Of a DNA stretch of 64,000 bases, positions 47,835-55,297 are shown piece by piece; positions within the stretch are counted from its first letter, which is position 1; every line of letters starts with the position of its first letter. The stretch is from positions 251,779 through 315,778 of IMG/VR virus record IMGVR_UViG_3300032116_000004, one strand, 5' to 3'. Below the pieces are notes generated by a model. It worked only from the letters and a program-made list of their open reading frames with translations. It was not told the DNA's origin and did no database searches. Made by a program: the position numbers and the translations under genes.

Positions 47835-49321
47835 TTATTTCCACCCTAGAGTTAGAACACCAACTAAAGTCAACCCACAACGTCAAAGTAATTCACGATC
47901 TTGGCAAGCTGTCAACCGGCCCCACGGAGTTGTTTAAGCTACTAGACAGTGTTTACCAAACTAGTTACGAGACAAACGATCGGTTGGTTTTTTACACTTC
48001 ACATTTTATTCCTGAGAGTTTTCTACAGTTCTTTTACGAAACTATCAATTTTATAGATATCAGCAACTGGTTCATAATGATATGTGGGCCAAAAGAAATT
48101 GAGCACGACGTGTTGTCGTGTTGTAAAAAGTTTTCACTTGACTCTGTTCCAATTTGGTTCCACCCAGTTGAGTTAGACAAACAAACACACAAGATTGAAA
48201 ACAACTTTAATTTACCCGATACTATTTGTTCTATACCCTGGCACAACTTACAGATAACACAAAACGGAACTATTACTCCTTGTTGCATGAACAATCTTGA
48301 TCTTGGTAACGTCAACCGTATCAAACTAGATCAAGCGTTCCATGACGAAAAACTACAAAAGTTAAGGGCTAGTTTATTGGCTGGAGAAAAACCAAAAGAG
48401 TGCGACAACTGCTGGAAAGTGGAAGAAAAAAATCTAACTTCTATTAGACTGCACAATGTCAAGCATTTAAAGAGAGAATTTTTAACCAAATATCTTGATC
48501 AACCAAGAGTAGCTACATTAGATTTGAAGTTTAATAACACCTGTAATTTCAAATGCAGGATATGTAACGGTGGAAACAGCTCGTTGTTTGCCCTTGAAGA
48601 TCAAAAGTTCCGCGGATCTAAGTTAGTTGTACAAGATGCTTGGGGGGAGAGTCAAGATTTTATTGATCAAGTTCTAACGTACTTGCCTGACATAAAAAAT
48701 ATTGACATGTTTGGCGGCGAGCCGTTTTTGATTAAACGTTTTAAATCGGTGTTGGAGATGGCAGTTGAAAAAGACTACGCCAAGGACATTAGATTACACT
48801 ACAACAGCAACGGATCCATTTGGCCCAATCATTTGCTACCTGTTTGGCCTAGTTTTAAACTGGTAGACATACATTTTAGTATTGATGCTGTTGGTTCACA
48901 TTTTGAACTACAAAGAGGCGGTCAGTGGTCTGAAGTTGAGGACAACATACTAAGGCTCAAAGATTTACAGTTACCCAACCTGTCTATTAGTATCATGCCC
49001 ACTATCAGTGTCATGAGCGTTTACTACATAGACCAAGTCTACGACTGGGCTTGCAAACATGGTTTTCCTATATTTGTTAACCATGTGCAAGGTGAAGGAA
49101 TGGAGCTACAGGATCTTACAAAAGAAGCCAAAAAAATTATTATTGACAAGTTTCAAGATCACCCCTGGAATGAAATCCAAAATGTTATTAAGATAATACA
49201 AAATTTGCCTGACAGTGATGGCAAGAAGTTTCAATCTAAAATGCAATATTTTGATCAGGTTCGAAGTGAAAGTTTTTCAGCAAGTCACTCTGAGATTGCA
49301 AAAGCCATGAGATATATGTAA
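47831..49321 (+). CDS. twitch-domain radical SAM protein with an extra ~125-aa N-terminal domain
   Basis: ICSIPW..TPCC..CDNCW; CNFKCRIC; FGGEPF; SIDA. Confidence 0.9.
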   Translation: MIISTLELEHQLKSTHNVKVIHDLGKLSTGPTELFKLLDSVYQTSYETNDRLVFYTSHFIPESFLQFFYETINFIDISNWFIMICGPKEIEHDVLSCCKKFSLDSVPIWFHPVELDKQTHKIENNFNLPDTICSIPWHNLQITQNGTITPCCMNNLDLGNVNRIKLDQAFHDEKLQKLRASLLAGEKPKECDNCWKVEEKNLTSIRLHNVKHLKREFLTKYLDQPRVATLDLKFNNTCNFKCRICNGGNSSLFALEDQKFRGSKLVVQDAWGESQDFIDQVLTYLPDIKNIDMFGGEPFLIKRFKSVLEMAVEKDYAKDIRLHYNSNGSIWPNHLLPVWPSFKLVDIHFSIDAVGSHFELQRGGQWSEVEDNILRLKDLQLPNLSISIMPTISVMSVYYIDQVYDWACKHGFPIFVNHVQGEGMELQDLTKEAKKIIIDKFQDHPWNEIQNVIKIIQNLPDSDGKKFQSKMQYFDQVRSESFSASHSEIAKAMRYM

Positions 49322-49330
49322 AATATAAAA

Positions 49331-51094
49331 ATGATACAAATCAAAGACCTAACCGTTAAAAACTTTATGAGTGTGGGCAATGCCACACAAGCCATCAACT
49401 TTGATCGTCAAGACCTTACATTAGTTCTAGGTGAAAACTTAGATTTAGGCGGCGATGGCAGCCGTAACGGCACAGGTAAGACCACTATAATCAATGCACT
49501 GAGTTATGCGCTGTATGGTCAAGCTCTCACCAATATCCGACGCGACAATCTCATCAACAAAGCCAACAGCAAGAACATGTTGGTCAGTTTAGATTTCAAC
49601 ATCAATGGCCGCGACTACCGCATCGAGCGTGGTCGCAAACCCAACATACTGAAATTCTACGTCAACAACGAAGAACAGGCAGCAGATGACAACTCGCAAG
49701 GCGACAGTCGAGAAACACAAGATGCCATAGAGTCTGCCCTGGGCATGACTCACGACATGTTCCGACATGTGCTGGCGCTGAACACATACACAGAACCGTT
49801 TTTGAGCTTGAAGGCCAATGATCAACGTGTGATCATAGAACAACTGTTGGGTATCACCCTTTTGAGTGAGCGTGCTGAGCGCATCAAAGAACTCAATAGA
49901 GAAACCAAAGATGCCATTGCTCAGGAAGAAATGCGTATCCGAGCTGTGCAAGAAGCCAACAAGCGTATAGAAGAACAGATCGAAAATCTGCGGCGTAGGC
50001 AAACAATGTGGAAGACCAAACATGAGGAAGAGACAGATAAAATCCAAAAGGCCTTGGAAGAACTGCGAAAGATCGACATTGACGCAGAGATCCAAGCGCA
50101 CAAGGACTACAAAATTTGGGATCAGAAGCGCAAAGACATCAACGATCTTGCTGGACAAATATCCCGCACGAAACTTGATGTTGATCGCGAGACGAAAAAC
50201 ATTGGCAAACTTAGCAAAGAGATTGCGACTCTTGAACAGCATACCTGTCATACATGCGGTCAAGCCTTCCACGACTCAAAGCACCAACAGGTACTGGCAA
50301 GCAAGCAGGAGGATTTGGCAACAGCAAGAACGTCTTGCCAGGAGCATACACAAACGCTATCAGAAATGGAGGCTGCCCACACCTCCTTGGGCCAGTTAGG
50401 AAAACCTCCCAAGATGTTCTATGATGCGGAAGAAGATGCCATACAACATCGTGCCAACGTAGACAACCTACAACAACAACTGGACATCAAGGCACAAGAA
50501 ACAGATCCCTACGGTGAACAGATCGAAGAGATGACAGGACAGGCCCTGCAAACAGTGACCTATGACACTCTCAACGAACTCACCCGCTTGCAAGAGCATC
50601 AAGACTTCCTGTTAAAACTCTTGACCAACAAAGACTCATTCATCCGCAAAAAGATTATTGAGCAGAATTTGAGTTATTTGAATGCTCGGTTGACATACTA
50701 TCTTGATCGCATCGGCTTGCCACATTCGGTAATATTCCAAAACGATCTCACTGTGGAAATACAAGAATTGGGACGAGATCTAGACTTTGACAATTTAAGT
50801 CGCGGAGAGCGCAATAGACTGATCTTGTCAATGTCATGGGCCTTCCGTGATGTATGGGAATCATTGTATCATCCCATCAACGTGCTGTTCATCGACGAAC
50901 TGGTAGATTCAGGCATGGACACACAGGGTGTGGAAAATTCGTTGGCCTTGCTGAAGAAGATGAGTCGTGAACGGCACAAGTCAATATGGTTAGTATCGCA
51001 CAGAGACGAACTGGCTGGACGTGTTGAAAACATCCTGCGTGTGGTCAAAGAAAACGGCTTTACGTCATACAACACCGACATTGACATAGCATGA
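49331..51094 (+). CDS. gp46: recombination ATPase subunit, gp46/Rad50/SbcC-like
   Basis: KNFMSVGN, NGTGKTT Walker A, CHTCGQ zinc hook, LSRGE signature, FIDE Walker B, VSH. Confidence 0.95.
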   Translation: MIQIKDLTVKNFMSVGNATQAINFDRQDLTLVLGENLDLGGDGSRNGTGKTTIINALSYALYGQALTNIRRDNLINKANSKNMLVSLDFNINGRDYRIERGRKPNILKFYVNNEEQAADDNSQGDSRETQDAIESALGMTHDMFRHVLALNTYTEPFLSLKANDQRVIIEQLLGITLLSERAERIKELNRETKDAIAQEEMRIRAVQEANKRIEEQIENLRRRQTMWKTKHEEETDKIQKALEELRKIDIDAEIQAHKDYKIWDQKRKDINDLAGQISRTKLDVDRETKNIGKLSKEIATLEQHTCHTCGQAFHDSKHQQVLASKQEDLATARTSCQEHTQTLSEMEAAHTSLGQLGKPPKMFYDAEEDAIQHRANVDNLQQQLDIKAQETDPYGEQIEEMTGQALQTVTYDTLNELTRLQEHQDFLLKLLTNKDSFIRKKIIEQNLSYLNARLTYYLDRIGLPHSVIFQNDLTVEIQELGRDLDFDNLSRGERNRLILSMSWAFRDVWESLYHPINVLFIDELVDSGMDTQGVENSLALLKKMSRERHKSIWLVSHRDELAGRVENILRVVKENGFTSYNTDIDIA

Positions 51095-51714
51095 CATCCC
51101 GGATCATACGAGTCACACCTACCGAACAATACTTCAGCATCAATTGGCAATTGGCTGTGCGTTGCAACTATGATTGCATGTATTGTTCTCCCATGTGGCA
51201 TGATGATCATAGCCAGCATCATGATCTTGACACTATGAAACAGGCTTGGTTAAACATATTTGAAAAGACCAGCAAACAAAATCTACCCTATAAGATCGCA
51301 TTTACCGGTGGAGAACTCACTTCAAACAAACACTTTCTACCGTTTGTCACTTGGTTGCGGAAGGAATATGATCAGCACATATTCAAATTGCTGGCTACCA
51401 CCAATGGCAGCGCCAATCTCAAGTATTATCAGAAAATGTTCCAAGCGTTAGACAACATCGCATTCAGTGTGCATTCGGAACACATCAATGAAGAGAAATT
51501 TTTTGACATGATCATACAACTTAAGAAAAGTATCTCACCTGATAAATTCTTGCAGGTCGCTATCATGGATGAATACTGGAATCAAGATCGTATTCCGTTG
51601 TATATCAATCTGCTAGAACATCACGACATCAGCTACACTGTGAACAAGATAGATTATTCCTATCAGACTCGCACCGTGCCCATATTCAAAGGAAAATTGA
51701 ATCTTGGAATTTGA
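51091..51714 (+). CDS. radical SAM protein, core domain only
   Basis: WQLAVRCNYDCMYC; FTGGE; TTNG; SVHSE. Confidence 0.88.
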   Translation: MTSRIIRVTPTEQYFSINWQLAVRCNYDCMYCSPMWHDDHSQHHDLDTMKQAWLNIFEKTSKQNLPYKIAFTGGELTSNKHFLPFVTWLRKEYDQHIFKLLATTNGSANLKYYQKMFQALDNIAFSVHSEHINEEKFFDMIIQLKKSISPDKFLQVAIMDEYWNQDRIPLYINLLEHHDISYTVNKIDYSYQTRTVPIFKGKLNLGI

Positions 51715-52024
51715 AAATCATCAATACTATAACTGTGAAATAGAACTGTCAGATGGGAGATCGTTCAAGGTCAGTGCCAACTGGATGCACAATAACGATT
51801 TAGATCATTGGTCAGGATGGAGTTGCGATGCAGGTTATCGTCGATTGGATATAGACAAGGATTTCAACGTCTACAGCGCAGTTTGTCAAAACGATCGCTT
51901 GGGCAATCTTTTCAAAGAATGGAGCCCGTTTGATGCTCCCGGAATCTGTCGACGGAATCGATGCACAGGTTGTACCGACGATCTTTTGATTGGAAAACGT
52001 GATATTTCTATATCTGAGAAATAA
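51704..52024 (+). CDS. stand-alone SPASM/twitch-like Cys-rich domain
   Basis: GWSCDAG..VC..LGN..ICRRNRCTGCTDD; TTG start. Confidence 0.7.
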   Translation: MEFENHQYYNCEIELSDGRSFKVSANWMHNNDLDHWSGWSCDAGYRRLDIDKDFNVYSAVCQNDRLGNLFKEWSPFDAPGICRRNRCTGCTDDLLIGKRDISISEK

Positions 52025-52041
52025 TTGATAATTATGTGCTC

Positions 52042-52482
52042 ATGTCATGGCTTTTCGAATCCCGAGAAATCACAGAGTTACCCGAAACGTGTGTCGGGTT
52101 TGTTTATTTGATCACCAATAAACTTACCGGCCGGCAGTATATTGGCAAAAAATTAGCAAAGTTCAAGAAAACAACATATCGAGTAGTCAAACTCAAAAAT
52201 GGCAAAAAGAAACGCAAAAAAATCAGAGGCGCGATAGATTCAGATTGGCAGACATATTATGGCAGTTCTCCGGAGTTATCTCGAGATGTTGAACTGCTAG
52301 GCACCGAAAACTTCTCACGTGAAATACTGTATTACTGCCAATCCAAATCGGAATGCAGTTACATAGAGGCTCGCGAACAATTCTCCCGACGTGTATTAGA
52401 AAGTGATGACTATTACAACGGACACATACAGGTCCGTGTGCATGGCAGTCACATCAAAGGCAAACTAAGCAGTCAAGGCTAG
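52042..52482 (+). CDS. minimal GIY-YIG nuclease (Seg-like catalytic domain) with a basic insert
   Basis: GFVYLITN..QYIGKK..YYGSS..FSREIL..E..YYN; ATG 52042 follows TAATTA-N7. Confidence 0.85.
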   Translation: MSWLFESREITELPETCVGFVYLITNKLTGRQYIGKKLAKFKKTTYRVVKLKNGKKKRKKIRGAIDSDWQTYYGSSPELSRDVELLGTENFSREILYYCQSKSECSYIEAREQFSRRVLESDDYYNGHIQVRVHGSHIKGKLSSQG

Positions 52483-52910
52483 CACAGGCCAATGTCGTGT
52501 GCCCTAGACCTGGATCCAGGATCACAGGGATGGAAGACTCACCGCGCTAGTGAGCACTCAATCAGTATCCTTGACAGGACCACGATCGCAAACACCTGCG
52601 GTTTGATTGTTTGAATAGAATATAAAGGGAAAAAGACGTGCTAGTGATAGCACACGTCAGCATGATATGATAGCGTATGTCGTGTTGGCCGCCGTTGTAA
52701 TAAAGACGGAGCTCGAGGTATCGGACAACCGCCTCTGTAATGCTCTAACGCTGTGTGACTGAGTCGACTCGGATGATGACACCTCTTTGCCCTGGGCGGG
52801 CAAAGTGTGACCAAACAATCTGGATGATAACTGTTATCTCGCTTCGCTCGATTATGTAATCAATTCATGAGCGACAGCGAATGAATAGACTTGCGTAGCA
52901 AGTCTCAATT
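52482..52910 (+). ncRNA. putative large structured non-coding RNA or origin element, family unknown
   Basis: No ORF of 60 aa or more; more than 10 hairpins, a G-U-rich 14-bp stem, a GUGA tetraloop and a 9-bp long-range helix (52605-52613 with 52812-52820). Confidence 0.6.
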
Positions 52911-52915
52911 GGATG

Positions 52916-53251
52916 TTAGAACTGATCAGGCCAATCACGGAACAGTGCGTGCTGGATGTTGCCCGAAACAAACTGATTGAAACTTTTGTGTTTTTCTTCG
53001 AGTTCGCCTTCCAATGGCGCCACACGACGAAATGCTGAGTCCATCTGTGCCATGTCTTTAAACTCCATGATGATCATCCATTCGGGCATGTCTGCGATTG
53101 AACGGAATCCCATCTTGCAACGGGTTATCCTATAACTCATCATCTTGCCCTCAGACATCAGGTGCTCAAAAAAACTTCGCATTCCTGTGACCCAATCAAG
53201 GTCTGAGATATCACCTTCTTTGTCTGCCCATATCGTGTATAAGTCGCTCAT
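52916..53251 (-). CDS. DUF6614-like small alpha/beta protein
   Basis: Recalled pattern Y.IW..HL..G....RITR.KMGF..EW.I.MEF..MAQMD.AF..ALFRDWPD. Confidence 0.5.
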   Translation of the reverse strand: MSDLYTIWADKEGDISDLDWVTGMRSFFEHLMSEGKMMSYRITRCKMGFRSIADMPEWMIIMEFKDMAQMDSAFRRVAPLEGELEEKHKSFNQFVSGNIQHALFRDWPDQF

Positions 53252-53688
53252 GTCATTGGTCCTAGTATTTCAAATCCTTCTATCTCTTTTTTGTAAAGAT
53301 GTGCCTGCTCGAGATAGAGATAATCAAAGCCCCTTGCTTTGTATATGGCACATTCTGTTTTCATGGTTTCAATGCCCAATCTTGATTGCGGATCATGATA
53401 TGTCCATGCAAATTGATCACAGAGAGCATTTTTGTCGTCATACCTTCGTATGAGACTGAATGCTACCATGCGTTCTTGATCAAAATATCCAATGACGTCA
53501 GTCATTGGATCGGTATATCGGCTTCGAAACATGGGTATCACACTACTGAAATGCTTATAGATACAGTAAGTTCTATAGATATTGTCAAGTTCCACCATTT
53601 GCTGTTCGGTAGGTATGAGATATCCCCACTGGGCTGATGCTTGATAATTGGTTTTTGCTAGATTGATACGGGCAAATTGATAGGTCAT
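53248..53688 (-). CDS. GNAT-fold protein resembling the C-terminal domain of aminoacyl-tRNA--protein transferases (ATE1/Bpt)
   Basis: Y..ERMVAFS..YHDPQSRLG..E....KARGFDYLYL..YKKEIEGFEIL. Confidence 0.6.
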   Translation of the reverse strand: MTYQFARINLAKTNYQASAQWGYLIPTEQQMVELDNIYRTYCIYKHFSSVIPMFRSRYTDPMTDVIGYFDQERMVAFSLIRRYDDKNALCDQFAWTYHDPQSRLGIETMKTECAIYKARGFDYLYLEQAHLYKKEIEGFEILGPMT

Positions 53689-54188
53689 TGTCTTGGGTCC
53701 TTTCTATGTTGGAACAGATCTTTTAGGTATTCTTCTGGCCAAGTGTGGTAGAAGCCTTTCGTGGCCATGGACCGGGCCTTGCTGTCAAGATCACTCACAC
53801 TCTGGCACAGTGCCAGGGCATAGGTTCCTTGGTTCATGCACACACCATTTACCCATTCAAGATCTGCAGGATGATCTTCTAGCGCAATGATATCTTGAGG
53901 CAAGAGAAATCCAACATTCACAGAATGAAGATCGCGGGCAAATTGTTCTCTGGGCCATTGCGCGGGATCATATGCATAGATGATGACTTCTTTGTTGCCC
54001 AATCCTGTGGTTGCTAGATCCATGAGATCGGTGTAAACATCAACACCTATGCGTATTTCGTAACTGCGATCCAAGCGTGCTCGGCGTGCATAAGGGCAAG
54101 GTGGCCATCCGCCCAGCGCAGGATTAGGGACTTCAACAAAGGTTTCTATCCATCGTTCGATATCTTGTTTTACTTGCTCTAGTTGCAT
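53685..54188 (-). CDS. DUF1415-like protein
   Basis: WIETFVE..PCPYAR..DHP..Q..L. Confidence 0.45.
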   Translation of the reverse strand: MQLEQVKQDIERWIETFVEVPNPALGGWPPCPYARRARLDRSYEIRIGVDVYTDLMDLATTGLGNKEVIIYAYDPAQWPREQFARDLHSVNVGFLLPQDIIALEDHPADLEWVNGVCMNQGTYALALCQSVSDLDSKARSMATKGFYHTWPEEYLKDLFQHRKDPRQ

Positions 54189-54421
54189 TAGAAGAATGCC
54201 ATTCCGGTTTTTTTAGTGGTCTCGAGATTTTCTTTGATCAATGCACCCACAGATTCTCGCTCACCAAAACTGAGATTGAGTGCTTCTTCATAGGTCAGGC
54301 CTCCTCGCATATACCAACACATCTTGAATATGTCGTCTTTGATTGCTTTGACTTCACGATCATATCCTTCTACTATTTTGGTGATGCGCTCAGGACTCGA
54401 GGTCAGGAGGCGGATACGAAA
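54188..54421 (-). CDS. gp51-like tail/hub assembly chaperone segment, probably expressed by -1 frameshift from the gp26-like gene
   Basis: WYMRGGLTYEEALNLSFGER..IKEN; no convincing start of its own; slippery AAATTTTTTC at the overlap. Confidence 0.7.
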   Translation of the reverse strand, partial: FRIRLLTSSPERITKIVEGYDREVKAIKDDIFKMCWYMRGGLTYEEALNLSFGERESVGALIKENLETTKKTGMAFF

Positions 54422-55251
54422 AAATTTGAGACATCCAGGGTGAATGGTGTTTCGTATTCTTTCTGGCATTCTGGCCCGTTGCATTTGAGTCTCAAGGGTT
54501 TGAGTTCGCTGTGCTCACGCAGTTGTGTGGCATGATCACGTATGGAGTTGAAGATCTCTCTGTCGCAGTTTTGAACAAACTCTTCTATGTGTTCGGGTTC
54601 CACCACTATTTCACCATCGGCACGGATCATGGAGATCACACCGCTCAGGGCAGACATAGTCATGACCGTGAGTTTCTGGAAGGCCTGTGTGAGCAAGCGT
54701 ATCTTTTCTTCTTCGGGCAGATCGGAATTTGGTAGGCTGTCCAGGATTTTCTGATCCTGGAACTGCTTCATGGAATTGGCGTTGGCCTGTTCATAACTCA
54801 GCGGCCGGAAAAATATCTCTACGTCGCCGTGTTTGATAGATTCGCTGTAGTCACCGGCTTTGATGTTGTCCAAGACTTGTCGGAGATCTAGGCCAAATGA
54901 GTTCTCGTTGTTGCAGTGCGGGCAGTTGCTTTCAAAATCCATTTCGTGTCCATAACTGGCGATACGGATAGCGATCAACAGTGTGTCAAGATCCATCTGC
55001 GGAACATGCCATGCGTTCTTGATGGCAGGAATGCAACTCTGGATCACATTGACCAATGCTGATCCATTGAACAATGCATCTGCTGTGCGATAAGTTATTT
55101 CATCGATGGCAGTCATGGGATACACTGGCAGCTCTCGATTTGGGGGCAGTTCGAGCGAACCTTGAGGGTAGTAGTTTCCATCCGACGGCAGGCGGATGTA
55201 AATGGCCGGCTGACGGAAAAATTTGCGTAACGGATTAGAGGTTTCTGGCAT
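54403..55251 (-). CDS. baseplate hub assembly protein, T4 gp26-like
   Basis: Start revised to ATG 55251; NPLRKFFRQP..LPSDG..PMTAIDE..D.LLIAIRIASYG..CPHC..C..C..F..D.SNFF. Confidence 0.85.
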   Translation of the reverse strand: MPETSNPLRKFFRQPAIYIRLPSDGNYYPQGSLELPPNRELPVYPMTAIDEITYRTADALFNGSALVNVIQSCIPAIKNAWHVPQMDLDTLLIAIRIASYGHEMDFESNCPHCNNENSFGLDLRQVLDNIKAGDYSESIKHGDVEIFFRPLSYEQANANSMKQFQDQKILDSLPNSDLPEEEKIRLLTQAFQKLTVMTMSALSGVISMIRADGEIVVEPEHIEEFVQNCDREIFNSIRDHATQLREHSELKPLRLKCNGPECQKEYETPFTLDVSNFFVSAS

Positions 55252-55262
55252 ATTTGGGCACC

Positions 55263-55286
55263 ATAAATAATTGATACAATACTTAT
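55263..55286. promoter_or_regulatory. overlapping bidirectional late promoter pair
   Basis: TAAATA (+, 55264-55269) and TAAGTA (-, 55285-55280), 10 nt apart, between divergent genes. Confidence 0.6.
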
Positions 55287-55297
55287 CGGCGTAGATA

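Noticed and set aside
52571-52626. TTGACA (52571) and TATAAA (52621) as a sigma70 promoter
   Set aside because: The spacing is about 44 nt, and TTGACA sits in a hairpin.
52482-52910. CRISPR or TIGR array, tRNA, tmRNA, RNase P or group I intron
   Set aside because: No regular repeat-spacer period, no cloverleaf or T-loop, no recognisable RNase P or group I core words, and no interrupted host gene.
54422-54484. Track start (MQRARMPE...) for the gp51-like ORF
   Set aside because: It lies inside the gp26-like coding region with no evident SD; a -1 frameshift explains the ORF better, though independent initiation is not formally excluded.
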